From the NCBI GenBank assembly GCA_963759805.1, contig CAVXAT010000008.1, positions 32,001 to 96,000 on the forward strand: 64,000 nt of DNA, in the 5' to 3' direction. A program made the position numbers and the translations under genes. Below the pieces are notes generated by a model. The model worked only from the letters and a program-made list of their open reading frames with translations. It was not told where the DNA came from and did no database searches. The stretch is from an uncultured bacterium (GTDB lineage Bacteria > Babelota > Babeliae > Babelales > RVW-14). Position 1 is the first letter of the stretch. Each line of letters opens with the position of its first letter. This document shows positions 30,365 to 41,480 of the stretch, in pieces.

Positions 30365-31659
30365 GATATCATACTCCCCTTCTCTCGCAGTAATATCTGC
30401 TGGTAACTATCACAATACCATTCGTAAGTTTTTTTTATTCCGGATTCAAGTGGAGTTTGTACCCTCCATCCTAATTTTGAAATTCTGTTTACATCCAGCA
30501 ACTTGCGAGGCGTTCCATCTGAACTGGCATGATCAAATTTAATATCACCATCAAACCCAACAATGTTTTTTATTAATTGTGCAAGCTCAGAAATTTTTAA
30601 ATCAGTGCCAACCCCAATGTTAATACACTCGCCAAGATCTTTAAAATCATAGTTATTAATTAAAAGAATCAAGGCTAGCCCCAGATCATCTACATGTAGG
30701 AATTCTCGATACACAGCACCTGTTCCCCACAACACCAAAGCCTCTGGAGTAATACCAAATTTTGCAAGCAACTCTGTTATTTCAGAATCACTAAAAATTT
30801 CAATAGATCTCTTCTGTAACTCGCATCCTTCGACAGGCTCCCAGCCTTCGCCCTTCGTGGCTACGCCGGGCACGGCAGGACGATCCTTCGACAGGCTCCC
30901 AGCCTTCGCTTGGGATAGCTTCGGCGGGCACGGCAGGATGAGCGGCCTGCTTGCCTGGGCGCCGTAGCTATCCAAGCGAAGGCGGCTCGAACCATCACCC
31001 TTGGGTGACGCGCCGGGTTGGGGCAACCCAAATTTTTCAAAATCAGATCTAATACTTGAAAAATCTTTGGCTGCAAGCAACTTGGCCAAATGAAATTTTC
31101 TAATCATAGCAGGTAGAACATGCGCAGTTTCAAGATTAAAATTATCATTTTGGCCATAAAGATTTGTGGGCATTACTGAGATAAAATTTGTTCCATACTG
31201 TTCATTAAAATATCTGCAAAGCTTGAGTGCAGAAATTTTTGCAATGGCATACGCCTCGTTTGTCGGCTCTAACAACCCGGAAAGCAGATACTCTTCTTTA
31301 AGAGGCTGTGGTGCGTTTTTGGGGTAAATGCATGATGACCCTAGGTTAAGTAACTTTTTAACGCCAAACTTATGAGAGGCATGAATGACGTTGGCCGATA
31401 TCATTAAATTATCATAAATAAAATCAGCCTTTTGCGTACTGTTTGCCCAAATTCCACCAACTTTTGCTGCAGCTAAGAAAACATATTCAGGACGATTTTC
31501 TTGAAAGAAAGCTTCAACTTGAGCCTGTGATCTCAGATCAAGATCTTGAAAATCTTTTGTAACAATATTTTTATATCCGTGTTTTTTTAAAGCTCTTAAA
31601 ACTGCAGATCCAACTAGACCGGTATGCCCTGCTACATAAATTTTAGAATCAACCTGCAT
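30358..31659 (-). CDS. fcl: GDP-L-fucose synthase carrying a ~65-70 aa in-frame repeat-derived insertion
   Basis: AGHTGLVGS, AAAKVGGI, LGSSCIYPK, YAIAK, MPTNLYG, WGTG..REFLHVDD, DGTPRK. Confidence 0.9.
   Translation of the reverse strand: MQVDSKIYVAGHTGLVGSAVLRALKKHGYKNIVTKDFQDLDLRSQAQVEAFFQENRPEYVFLAAAKVGGIWANSTQKADFIYDNLMISANVIHASHKFGVKKLLNLGSSCIYPKNAPQPLKEEYLLSGLLEPTNEAYAIAKISALKLCRYFNEQYGTNFISVMPTNLYGQNDNFNLETAHVLPAMIRKFHLAKLLAAKDFSSIRSDFEKFGLPQPGASPKGDGSSRLRLDSYGAQASRPLILPCPPKLSQAKAGSLSKDRPAVPGVATKGEGWEPVEGCELQKRSIEIFSDSEITELLAKFGITPEALVLWGTGAVYREFLHVDDLGLALILLINNYDFKDLGECINIGVGTDLKISELAQLIKNIVGFDGDIKFDHASSDGTPRKLLDVNRISKLGWRVQTPLESGIKKTYEWYCDSYQQILLREKGSMISC
30822..31029. repeat. GC-rich palindromic repeat cluster inside fcl
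   Basis: 27-nt ATCCTTCGACAGGCTCCCAGCCTTCGC at 30825 and 30883 (58-nt period), GGGCACGGCAGGA at 30868 and 30926, further hairpins to 31029. Confidence 0.85.
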
Positions 31660-31673
31660 TAACAAGTGCCTTT

Positions 31674-32831
31674 CTACAAATAAGCTTCTTTTAGGCCCTG
31701 GTGCCAAGTAACAGTATGAGATGTGTATAAAAAGTTTTTACTTTTGCAAATATCCATGCCCTGACCAATGGGAGTAAGTCCGGCAAATTTTAGATCATAA
31801 TCAACCATAATTTTTACAAGCTCATCAAATGTCACACGTGGAGACCAGCATAAAATGTCTTTTGCTTTGGAAATATCTGCTTGAAGATGCTCCACCTCAG
31901 TTGGACGAAAATATCTAGGGTCAACTTCAATAATGACATCACCTGGCTTTAAAATACCGAACCAAATTGAGCTTAAATTTTTAATAATTCCGATCTCCTC
32001 AACACCTGAACCAACCCATTCAAGCTCAACACCTGCATAAGCAAAAGACTGTACAACAAAATCACGAACGGACACACTTTGTCCAGTCCCGATTACAAAA
32101 TCTCCCGGCTTATTTTGCTGCATCATCAGCCACATTGCTTCAATATATTCAGGAGCAAAACCCCAATCACGCTTGGCATTAAGATTTCCAAGATAAAGTT
32201 TGGTTTGTCGCTTGAGAAGCATATTTGCAATCGCCATTGTTATTTTGCGAGTCACAAACGTTTCGCCTCGTCTTGGACTCTCGTGATTAAATAAAATTCC
32301 ATTGCTTGCAGTAATTCTGTAAGCCTCGCGGTAATTAACGGTTATCCAGTAAGAATAAACTTTGGCTGCGGCGTAGGGGCTACGAGGGTAAAAATTGGTT
32401 TCTTCACTTTGAGGAGCCGAAGAAGCGCCAAACATTTCGGACGAAGACGCTTGATAAAATTTTGCATCACTTTTGTATCTGCGAATGGCTTCAAGAACTC
32501 TTAAAGTTCCAAGTCCTGTCACATCTCCTGTAAATTCAGGCATTTGAAAGGAGACTTTTACATGGGATTGGGCGCCAAGATTATAAACCTCATCCGGTTG
32601 AACTCTTCCAACAATATCGTTAATAACGCTACTATCAAGCAAATCTCCATAGTGTAAAAAAAATCTTGTGTTTAATTCATGTGGATCAACATATATATGA
32701 TCAATACGATGCGTATTAAAAGTAGAAGATTTACGGATTATGCCATGAACCTCATAACCCTTGGAAAGAAGAAATTCTGCTAAATAAGAACCGTCCTGTC
32801 CTGTTATACCAGTTATAAGTGCTTTTTTCAT
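31674..32831 (-). CDS. gmd: GDP-mannose 4,6-dehydratase
   Basis: [56 protein letters not shown]. Confidence 0.95.
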   Translation of the reverse strand: MKKALITGITGQDGSYLAEFLLSKGYEVHGIIRKSSTFNTHRIDHIYVDPHELNTRFFLHYGDLLDSSVINDIVGRVQPDEVYNLGAQSHVKVSFQMPEFTGDVTGLGTLRVLEAIRRYKSDAKFYQASSSEMFGASSAPQSEETNFYPRSPYAAAKVYSYWITVNYREAYRITASNGILFNHESPRRGETFVTRKITMAIANMLLKRQTKLYLGNLNAKRDWGFAPEYIEAMWLMMQQNKPGDFVIGTGQSVSVRDFVVQSFAYAGVELEWVGSGVEEIGIIKNLSSIWFGILKPGDVIIEVDPRYFRPTEVEHLQADISKAKDILCWSPRVTFDELVKIMVDYDLKFAGLTPIGQGMDICKSKNFLYTSHTVTWHQGLKEAYL

Positions 32832-33063
32832 TATTCTCTCTCTTTTAATCAACCAAAGTTTTGTCATAACTATTCTGTAAAATTTAACTGAAAAAAAATA
32901 AATCTACAAACAATTATCTAAGGCTGATAATATTTTCATTTTTTAGTGCTGGAATTTGGAAAAGTTCTTGAGTATAATTTGACAGGTATAGACGTCTTGC
33001 TAATGCACTCGTAAGATCTATAACGGTTTTAGCGTAAGTCTGCCACCAAAATGAGATCTTTCT

Positions 33064-34809
33064 ATGAATTTTTTACAAAAGCTTTGGGTACTACTTACCT
33101 TGCGAGATAAAAGAAATTTAACAATTCTTTTGTTATCATCGATAGTAGTCTCTATTATCGAGACATTTGCCTTGAGTGCCATTGCAGTTTTTATTTTGTT
33201 AGCAACTAATTTTGATGCCATAAATAAAAATAAATTTTTTTATTATCTTTATAAAGCAAGCGGATGCGTTTCTCCAGTTAATTTTATTATGATGCTAGGT
33301 ATTTTGCTTGCCGTATTTTATCTGCTGCGTGGTGTCATTGCTATTGGACATACCTATCTCATGATCAGGTTTGCTCAAGGACGCTATCAGGATTGGGCGC
33401 AACGAATTTTTAAAGATTATTTACTGTTTCCCTATAAACGATTCGCAAATGAAAATTTATCAAGAATGAACCAAATTCTGTTTGGCTCCGTTGGACAATT
33501 ATCACAGGTAATCAATGGGTTGCTTATCATATCGACTGAATGCTTTACGGTTTTTTGTGTGTATGCAACACTTATGTGGGTTAATTGGAAAATGACCTGT
33601 GTGTTAACATTGTTATTAGCAATAAAAAGTTTTTTGCTTATTAAATTATTTTCGCAAAGCCTGGCACATGCAGGGGTGTTGAGTCGAAAGTATTCAACAG
33701 AAGCATCAAAGACATTTCTAGATTCCTTTGGTAATTACAAAATGCTTAAACTTCTTTCATCTAATGCTCCGGTAATTAATCGCTTTGTGGCTTCTACCAA
33801 AGGTGTTGCGCGGGCCAATGTATTAAATACAACATTGCAGGGCGCCCCGCGCTTTATTCTTGAAACAATTGGTTTTTTTATTTTGGTAGGCATCATTCTG
33901 TACGTTATTTACATGTATCATAGTGCATCATCAGTTCTTTCTATCGTTTCCCTTTATGCTTTAGCTTTTTATCGGCTGCTGCCATCAGTAAATAAAATTT
34001 TATCTGGGTACAATCAGATAGTGTTTTCTAAATATGCTGTCCATGATATCTATGATTTTCTTGGCATGCAACAAGAGAAATTGGGCAGTAATCCGGTTTT
34101 ATTTACAGGGACAATATCTTTGCAACAGGTTTGGTTTGGGTATCTTGATAACAAACCGGTACTTAAAGACGTCAATATGACTATAAACAAAGGCGAACGT
34201 ATTGCTTTTGTTGGTGAAAGTGGCGTGGGCAAAAGTACAATAGCTGATATTCTCATGGGATTGTACACGCCAAACTCCGGAACAATACTTATTGATGGGG
34301 TTGCATTAACCGAAGCCAATCTCAAGGCATGGCGCAGCAAAATAGGGTATGTTCCGCAAAACATTTATCTGTTTGATGGCACAGTTGCAGACAATGTTGT
34401 TTTTGGTCGAAGCTATGATGAGGCTAAGCTTATCAGTGCATTAAAGCGTGCGCGTATTTATGATGATTTGCTAACCAAGGACGGTCTTGACACACGGGCT
34501 GGCGATATGGGCATTATGATAAGCGGTGGACAAAAACAGCGAATAGCATTGGCTCGTGCTCTTTACGAAAATCCAGAGGTTTTGGTTTTTGATGAAGCAA
34601 CGTCAGCACTTGACCATGAAACCGAAAGTAAAATTATGGACGAAATTTATAGTATTGATAAAAACACAACGTTGATTATTATTGCACATCGTTTGACATC
34701 CATTGAGCGTTGTGAAAAAATTTACAAAATAGAAAAAGGACACGTGATTTCTATTGATAATGTGCACGTATTGTATAAGAAACCAAAAGGACATGCAGCC
34801 GCTTGTTGA
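33064..34809 (+). CDS. ABC transporter permease+ATPase, glycan flippase-like (PglK/MsbA-type)
   Basis: TM domain plus [31 protein letters not shown]. Confidence 0.85.
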   Translation: MNFLQKLWVLLTLRDKRNLTILLLSSIVVSIIETFALSAIAVFILLATNFDAINKNKFFYYLYKASGCVSPVNFIMMLGILLAVFYLLRGVIAIGHTYLMIRFAQGRYQDWAQRIFKDYLLFPYKRFANENLSRMNQILFGSVGQLSQVINGLLIISTECFTVFCVYATLMWVNWKMTCVLTLLLAIKSFLLIKLFSQSLAHAGVLSRKYSTEASKTFLDSFGNYKMLKLLSSNAPVINRFVASTKGVARANVLNTTLQGAPRFILETIGFFILVGIILYVIYMYHSASSVLSIVSLYALAFYRLLPSVNKILSGYNQIVFSKYAVHDIYDFLGMQQEKLGSNPVLFTGTISLQQVWFGYLDNKPVLKDVNMTINKGERIAFVGESGVGKSTIADILMGLYTPNSGTILIDGVALTEANLKAWRSKIGYVPQNIYLFDGTVADNVVFGRSYDEAKLISALKRARIYDDLLTKDGLDTRAGDMGIMISGGQKQRIALARALYENPEVLVFDEATSALDHETESKIMDEIYSIDKNTTLIIIAHRLTSIERCEKIYKIEKGHVISIDNVHVLYKKPKGHAAAC

Positions 34810-34816
34810 AACCATT

Positions 34817-35786
34817 ATGATCATAGAAAACAAAAAGATAGAAAACAAAAAAGTTTTAGTAACAGGCGGAGCCGGATTTCTTGGAAGCAACCTATGCCGC
34901 AAGCTTCTTGAATTTGGGCACCAAGTCACAGCTCTTGATAATTTGAGCACAGGCCGGCTGGAGAATATCCAAGATTTAACACAGAACAAAAATTTTAAGT
35001 TTATTAAGCATGATGTAATTTATTCAATCAATTTAGATATCGATTGGATATTTAATTTTGCATGTCCTGCATCACCACCTGCATATCAAAAAGATCCAAT
35101 TCATACAATTAAAACAAGTTTTTTGGGAATGCTAAACATGCTTGAGCTCGCCAAAAAAAATAATGCCCGAATTATGCAAGCATCAACAAGTGAAGTTTAT
35201 GGCGATCCGGAGGAGCATCCTCAGAAAGAAACTTATTGGGGACATGTAAATCCAATCGGAATCAGATCATGTTATGATGAAGGTAAACGTAGTGCCGAGT
35301 CACTGATTTTTGATTATCACAGAACACATGAAACTGATATAAAAGTTATCAGAATATTTAATACTTACGGTCCGTGGGATGGATCCAATGGATGGTCGAG
35401 TTGTAAGTAATTTTATAATTCAGGCATTAAACAATCAGCCAATAACCATGTATGGTGATGGCACACAGACAAGGTCATTCTGTTATGTTGATGATCTTAT
35501 AAATGGAATCATAAAAATGATGCAGACGGATTATGGCATCACAGGCCCTGTAAATTTGGGTAATCCAAAAGAATTTACACTGCTTGAGTTAGCAGAAAAA
35601 GTTTTAGCTCTGACCAAAAGTAAATCAAAAATAGTATTCGAATCGCTGCCTCAGGATGACCCAAAGCGTCGTCGCCCGGACATAACACTAGCAAAACGGT
35701 TATTAAATTGGGAACCAGAGATTTCACTTGAGATGGGGTTAGAAAAAACGATCGAGTATTTTGAAAGAATATCGGCAAGCATGTAA
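34817..35786 (+). CDS. UDP-glucuronate decarboxylase (UXS-like SDR); one apparent +1 frameshift near 35376
   Basis: [42 protein letters not shown] / [26 protein letters not shown]. Confidence 0.85.
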
Positions 35787-35888
35787 GCCACGATAGCCTG
35801 CATTGGCGTACTTTCTTTGAACTCAAAACATGCTATAATCAAACCATGTCTTGAAAAAAACCTTATTTTTTGGGTAGGAGTGACGAAA

Positions 35889-37493
35889 ATGAAAAGTTTG
35901 CCGATTGGACAACAGTCAATTGAAAAAATAATAAAAAATGACTATGCATACGTTGATAAAACGGGAATCCTTCACGAGTTAATAAAAAAACCGGGCTATT
36001 ACTTTTTTTCTCGCCCACGTCGCTTTGGTAAGTCACTGACCTGCTCGACACTAGAGGCAATCTTTCAGGGGCGCAAGGAGTTATTTGATGGCCTTGCGAT
36101 AAGCAAGACGAATTATGACTGGAAAAAGTATCCGGTGGTCAGATTGGATTTCAGTGAGATTGATTACGAAAGCCCAACGGTATTTACACAATCAATGCTT
36201 GAGACTTTGGATAAAATTGCTGAAAACTATCGTGTAAAAATAAAAAGTAAGATTTTAAAAAACGCGTTTAAAGATCTTGTTGTTGATATTGCAAAAAAGC
36301 ATGGTCCCGTGGCAATTATTATCGATGAGTACGACAAACCCATTCTTGATCATATTCACGACACTGATATGGCTATAAAAATGAGAACAGCTCTTAAGAG
36401 TTTTTATGGAGTTTTAAAGGGGAAAGATATTGAAGCCAATCTACGGTTTTTATTTCTTACGGGTGTCAGTAAATTTTCAAAAGTTTCAATATTTTCAGAA
36501 TTAAATAACCTGCAGGACCTAACATTAGATGAGCGGGCTGCGACTTTGTGCGGATATACGCAGAAAGAACTGGAGCTTGTCTTTGATAAACATATCCAGC
36601 AGCTTGCCACACATATGTGCAAAAATAAAAAAGATACGCTAACCGATCTGAAGTATTGGTATAATGGATTCAAATTCAGCAAAAATGGTGCTACCGTTTA
36701 CAATCCTTTTTCAATTTTAAACTGCCTTGAAAAAAAGGACTTTGCAAACTACTGGTTCTCAAGTGGAACGCCAACTTTTATCCTGAAATTCATTGAAAAA
36801 AATCCGGCCAAGGTTGAAGAGATAATTATGCTCGAGGCAGAGCGGATCACCGTTGGTCAGATGGAAAAACTCTCTGTGGAACGCTATTTTCAAGATATGG
36901 TTTTATTATTTTTGCAGACAGGATATTTAACAATCGCCGGGTACAATGAAAAATCACAAATTTATCAGCTTTCGTACCCGAATTATGAGGTGCGCCTCTC
37001 AATGACAGACCAAATTTTGGAGTTCATTGCAAACCTGAATCCTGTTAAACTGTCCGATTTTGTTGTTCGCTTTAAAAATGCATTACAAGTCGATGATATT
37101 AATGCCTTCTGCCTTGCCATGAAAGACTTTTTCGTTATAATACCACACACCGTAATCATTAATTTAGAGAAATACTATCACGGTATATTCTTCACCATTA
37201 CCAAACTGGTCGGAGCAAAAATTACAATCGAAGATGCTACGAATATTGGCTTTATCGATGCCATGCTTGAGGGCAAAAATAACACGTATATTATTGAATT
37301 CAAAAGAGATAAGACTCCTGATAAAGCACTAAAACAAATTGAAAACAAAAAATATTTTGAGAAGTTTCAGATTGAAGGTGATAAGCCGGCTGTTCTTGTC
37401 GGCATGAACTTTGATTACTCCAAAAAGGGCAAAGGCGTAACACTGAATTGGAAAATCAAAAGTAAAAAAGCTAAAATTAGCAAAAAAAGTTAA
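35889..37493 (+). CDS. AAA-ATPase-like protein with C-terminal PD-(D/E)XK nuclease domain
   Basis: LPIGQQ, YVDKT, SRPRRFGKSL, IIDEYDKP, LTGVSKF, WYNG, GFID..IIEFK, ALKQI. Confidence 0.88.
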   Translation: MKSLPIGQQSIEKIIKNDYAYVDKTGILHELIKKPGYYFFSRPRRFGKSLTCSTLEAIFQGRKELFDGLAISKTNYDWKKYPVVRLDFSEIDYESPTVFTQSMLETLDKIAENYRVKIKSKILKNAFKDLVVDIAKKHGPVAIIIDEYDKPILDHIHDTDMAIKMRTALKSFYGVLKGKDIEANLRFLFLTGVSKFSKVSIFSELNNLQDLTLDERAATLCGYTQKELELVFDKHIQQLATHMCKNKKDTLTDLKYWYNGFKFSKNGATVYNPFSILNCLEKKDFANYWFSSGTPTFILKFIEKNPAKVEEIIMLEAERITVGQMEKLSVERYFQDMVLLFLQTGYLTIAGYNEKSQIYQLSYPNYEVRLSMTDQILEFIANLNPVKLSDFVVRFKNALQVDDINAFCLAMKDFFVIIPHTVIINLEKYYHGIFFTITKLVGAKITIEDATNIGFIDAMLEGKNNTYIIEFKRDKTPDKALKQIENKKYFEKFQIEGDKPAVLVGMNFDYSKKGKGVTLNWKIKSKKAKISKKS

Positions 37494-37534
37494 TCGCCAA
37501 AAATGGAAAAAACATTAGGTCTCTTTCGAAATTT

Positions 37535-37692
37535 AGCCCGCCGCCCTTCCGCCTTCGTTAAAACTACGGCGGACAAGACGGGCGATGGTTCGACCCTTCG
37601 ACAAAGCTCAGGGCAGGCCTTCGAACCGACAGTGCCTTTAGTGCTGAGGAGCGAGTCCGACGAGCGTCTCGAAGCATCACCACGAGCGGGCT
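37535..37692. repeat. Intergenic GC-rich nested palindrome cluster
   Basis: Bounded by AGCCCGC/GCGGGCT; contains CCGCCTTCG..CTACGGCGG, CCCTTCGACAAAGCTCAGGGC and CACCACGAGCGG units related to those in fcl and at 51570. Confidence 0.8.
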
Positions 37693-37732
37693 TGGTAGAT
37701 TTGCTTTGTCTCGGGAAAAGGTCTATTAAATC

Positions 37733-38935
37733 ATGAAAGTTGTAGTTTCTGCTGGCGGTCGATTCCATGCAATCAATCTTGCGCAACAACTAAATCAGAA
37801 GCACTGCTTACGCAGGTTATATTCTTTCAGTTTTGACAGCGCAGATGGGTGTAAAATAGACAAAAACTTAGTTAACACAATCAATTCATGCAAGTTTTTG
37901 GATCTAGCCTTTCAAAAGCTCAGGCTTTCACATTTTATTAATCCATCTGTTTTCAATGCATTTAAAGATAATTTGTTTGATTCTCTGGTTGCTTGCGAAA
38001 TTAAAAAACTTGAACAAATTGATATTTTTACCGGCTGGGCAAATTACTCTCTAAAAAGCCTTGATCTAGCCAAAAAAATTGGGGCTAAAACTATAATCGA
38101 ATCAGGTTCATGCCATATCAAAGAACAGCAGATACTATTATCACAAGAATATGAAAAATGGGGGATAAAGCGTAATCCAGTGTATCAAGCAACGGTAAAT
38201 AAAATGACCGAAGAATACGAAAACACTGATTTTATCATGACACTTTCGGATTTTTCTTACCAAAGCTTTATCAGGCAAGGGATTAATCCCAAGAAAATTT
38301 TGAAGACCCCGTGCGGCGTTGACGTCGATTTTTTTCAACAACCATTTATTCCCGGGTTTGATAAGCCACAAAGCTTTCTTGCCACAACAAAAAAATTTAG
38401 AGTAATTTTTGTTGGCATGATCAGCCTGCGCAAGGGCATATCATATTTAATTGAGGCTTGGAATAAGTTAAATCTCCCAGAAAACTCAACAGAGTTAATT
38501 CTTGTTGGGAATATACAAAAAGACATGTATCAGGTTTTGAAAAAACTAAAGATCAAAAAAAATATTAACTTCTTTGGATCTTGCAGCAGAGATGATTTAA
38601 AAAAACTTTATTTGGAGTCTGATGCCTTCGTTTTGCCATCTGTTGAAGATGGGTTTGGCATGGTGATAGGGGAAGCCATGGCATGCGGGCTGCCTGTTAT
38701 TTGCTCAAAAAACACGGGCGCAAGCGACATTATCCAAGACGGCAAACATGGTTTTTTGGTGCAAGCGCAGAACTCTGAAGCTTTGGCTGAAAAAATTTTA
38801 TGGTGTTATCAAAATCCGGAGCTAAGCAAAGTAATGGGAGCATCGGGTAAAAATAAAATTCTTGATTTTAGCTGGAATAATTACGGGAACAATATTTTTG
38901 AAATTTATCAGAATATCATGCGGGGCAGTCTGTGA
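37733..38935 (+). CDS. Glycosyltransferase family 4
   Basis: FVG..RKG, FVLPSVEDGFGMVIGEAMACGLPVI. Confidence 0.9.
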   Translation: MKVVVSAGGRFHAINLAQQLNQKHCLRRLYSFSFDSADGCKIDKNLVNTINSCKFLDLAFQKLRLSHFINPSVFNAFKDNLFDSLVACEIKKLEQIDIFTGWANYSLKSLDLAKKIGAKTIIESGSCHIKEQQILLSQEYEKWGIKRNPVYQATVNKMTEEYENTDFIMTLSDFSYQSFIRQGINPKKILKTPCGVDVDFFQQPFIPGFDKPQSFLATTKKFRVIFVGMISLRKGISYLIEAWNKLNLPENSTELILVGNIQKDMYQVLKKLKIKKNINFFGSCSRDDLKKLYLESDAFVLPSVEDGFGMVIGEAMACGLPVICSKNTGASDIIQDGKHGFLVQAQNSEALAEKILWCYQNPELSKVMGASGKNKILDFSWNNYGNNIFEIYQNIMRGSL

Positions 38936-40071
38936 GCATAAAAAAAGTACTGTTAGTTGGCAACTTTAATGATAATCCTAAAATTTACACTTACGCCTCA
39001 TCGTTTTATAAAGCGATGCAAAATTTGGGGCTAATTGTCGAGAAGTTTAATTATAAAAATTCAAGATTTAACAGGCCAATATTCGGGAAATATTTATTAA
39101 ACTATTTATTATTAAGAACAGTAAAAAGTTTTGAGCCTGATCTGATTTTTATGCTTAAGGCTGAAAATATTTCGCCACAAACATTAAACAAAATTAAACG
39201 CAATAGAATAAAACAAAACAAAGATATCAAGATAATTAATTTTTATCCTGACAATCCATTTACATTTTGGAATGGAAATTCAAATGCTAACGTGCTACTT
39301 TCTCTCCCATTTTATGATCTGTTTTTAATATGGTCACACCAACTTATTCCGATACTTTATTCGGCAGGAGCCAAAAACGTACGCTACTTCCCATTTGGCT
39401 TCGATAAAGACATATTTTCTCAGGAGATAAAAATTACAGATAACGATATTAATTCCTACCAATCAGACGTATGTTTTGTTGGGACCTGGGACCCGGAGCG
39501 TGAAGCCCTGTTAACGCATCTTATGAATAAAATGCCTACGCTCAAGCTGGCGATCTGGGGCAACCGATGGAATGAAAATTTGCCACAAAACTCAATATTA
39601 AAAACATATTTGAAAGGTTGTGCAATTTATGGTATCGATATGATAAAGGCTTTTCGGCTTTCAAATATCGTCTTAAATTTTATAAGAAAGCAGAACTTGG
39701 ATGCCCACAATATGCGTTCAATCGAGGTTGCAGCATGCAAGTCTTTTTTGCTGACCCAAAGAACAACAGAACAGGCCGAACTGCTTTTTAAAGAGGGTGT
39801 AAGTATCGAGTGTTTTGATGGCATTAATGATTTAACAAATAAGATAAATTTTTATTTATCAAATCGAAGTGCACGAGACAAAATTACTCAAGCTGGATAT
39901 ATAGCCACTCAAAAATATTTGCTAGAGAGTTTACTTTTAGAGACTTTAAAAAATTTTTTTGAAATTAAAACTTACGGATTTATGAAAAAAAGCACATCAT
40001 ATAATAACCTATCAGAAGTAAAATTATCGTATTTAAAGAAAGTTTTACAAGGGCAATCAATCAATGACTAG
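38932..40071 (+). CDS. CgeB-like glycosyltransferase (GT-B)
   Basis: FYPDNP, DVCFVGTW, IVLNF..HNMRSIEVAAC..FLLT. Confidence 0.75.
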   Translation: MSIKKVLLVGNFNDNPKIYTYASSFYKAMQNLGLIVEKFNYKNSRFNRPIFGKYLLNYLLLRTVKSFEPDLIFMLKAENISPQTLNKIKRNRIKQNKDIKIINFYPDNPFTFWNGNSNANVLLSLPFYDLFLIWSHQLIPILYSAGAKNVRYFPFGFDKDIFSQEIKITDNDINSYQSDVCFVGTWDPEREALLTHLMNKMPTLKLAIWGNRWNENLPQNSILKTYLKGCAIYGIDMIKAFRLSNIVLNFIRKQNLDAHNMRSIEVAACKSFLLTQRTTEQAELLFKEGVSIECFDGINDLTNKINFYLSNRSARDKITQAGYIATQKYLLESLLLETLKNFFEIKTYGFMKKSTSYNNLSEVKLSYLKKVLQGQSIND

Positions 40072-41392
40072 CCAGCCAGAATTCCAAGAAAATTCCCCCA
40101 AAAATATTATGTATAAAAGCAATTTTATTAAAAAACCAAAGATTGCAATTCTTTCATTAAAAAACAGTTATGGGTATGGTGGAGTGTTATCCTCTCTTAA
40201 AGTCGCCCATGATTTCTGTGAAAAATATTTCGATCCCACCGTATTTTTTCTTGGATTTGAGCCTACAATTTCAACAAGTCTAAAAAAACTAAAATTCACT
40301 TCAAATGTACAAAATTTGAATTACTGTGGAATGAAATGTGTAGAAATCGGGTCGAGATGGGCTTTTTGGGAACCCGGTCATTATAAATTTAATTTAAAGT
40401 TTTGGAAAGAACAGCTCGAGGGGTATGATTATTTTTTGGCTGTCAGTGGAACATGTATCTGTGCACACCCTCTTATGCTTTTAAACAAAAAATTTGGGAT
40501 GCTCATCTCAACTCCTTATAAGGAAGACAGGGCAAGACGTGTTGATGAGCTTCGCGGAATAAGATATTTAATAGACAGGGTAGCCAATATAAAAATGCAA
40601 ACTATTGAGAAGCAAATTCTTGAAAGCTCTAACTTTATCTGGGCATTAAGTAATTATTCAAAAAGAGAATTTGAAAAAATAATATCAAAACCAACGTCTA
40701 AAATTATATGCTGCGGACATCCGATTGATTGTAATTCATTGCCTAAGCTCAACATAAAAGAGGAAAATGTAATTATAGCAGTTGGTCGATTTAGTGATCC
40801 AAGAAAAAATATTGATATGCTTTTACGAGTATTTGGCAAAATATGCAGATCCATGCCAAACGTAAAATTATATGTGGTTGGTAACGCACCTGAGCACAAC
40901 AAAATAAAGCATTTCGCCAAACTTCCATTTTTTCAAAATGTAATATTCACCGGACAGGTCAGTGCAAGAGATCTTGAATCTCTTTATCAACGAGCCTCTT
41001 TAATGCTTCTAACATCATACCAAGAAGGATTTGGCATCGTAGGTCTAGAGGCACTTTTGCATGGAATTCCAATTGTTGCAACAAATTGCGGCGGGCCGGC
41101 AGATTATACAGTCAATGGTTTGACCGGATACCTTGTTGAGATAAACGACGATGAGGAAATGGTCAAAAAAACCATAGCTATTTTATCCGATAAAGAAAAA
41201 CTTTGTCTAATGTCTTCAAATTCGCAAAAATTTGTTGTGGAAAATTACTCAATTGACATAGTTGAGAATTTTTTCAAATGTGGTTTTATCAAAATTTACC
41301 CGGAGCTTAAGAAAATCTTTGATTCAGTCGATAGTGACACAAAGTTTTTTCCAAAATCGAGCAATATTCAATTAAAAAACATTTTGTTATGA
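40064..41392 (+). CDS. Glycosyltransferase family 4
   Basis: VGRFSDPRKNI, SYQEGFGIVGLEALLHGIPIV. Confidence 0.88.
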   Translation: MTSQPEFQENSPKNIMYKSNFIKKPKIAILSLKNSYGYGGVLSSLKVAHDFCEKYFDPTVFFLGFEPTISTSLKKLKFTSNVQNLNYCGMKCVEIGSRWAFWEPGHYKFNLKFWKEQLEGYDYFLAVSGTCICAHPLMLLNKKFGMLISTPYKEDRARRVDELRGIRYLIDRVANIKMQTIEKQILESSNFIWALSNYSKREFEKIISKPTSKIICCGHPIDCNSLPKLNIKEENVIIAVGRFSDPRKNIDMLLRVFGKICRSMPNVKLYVVGNAPEHNKIKHFAKLPFFQNVIFTGQVSARDLESLYQRASLMLLTSYQEGFGIVGLEALLHGIPIVATNCGGPADYTVNGLTGYLVEINDDEEMVKKTIAILSDKEKLCLMSSNSQKFVVENYSIDIVENFFKCGFIKIYPELKKIFDSVDSDTKFFPKSSNIQLKNILL

Positions 41393-41480
41393 AATACTTT
41401 CAATTAGCGTAACAATTTGCTTGTATAATAAGTAAATGGATGATGAGATAGTATTGTTTTATAAAAAAAGGGAATGTACA

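Noticed and set aside
30825..30940. CRISPR-like repeat-spacer array
   Set aside because: Only two copies, the intervening parts are related hairpins rather than unique spacers, and no cas genes are present.
35370..35385. Split UXS gene as two proteins
   Set aside because: One extra G in TGGG; removal restores [15 protein letters not shown]. Same error pattern as secF.
38341..38390. Possible decayed repeat insertion in GT4 (PFIPGFDKPQSFLA; GTTTGATAAGCC resembles GTTCGACAAGCT)
   Set aside because: Match too short and no hairpin left; needs an orthologue alignment.
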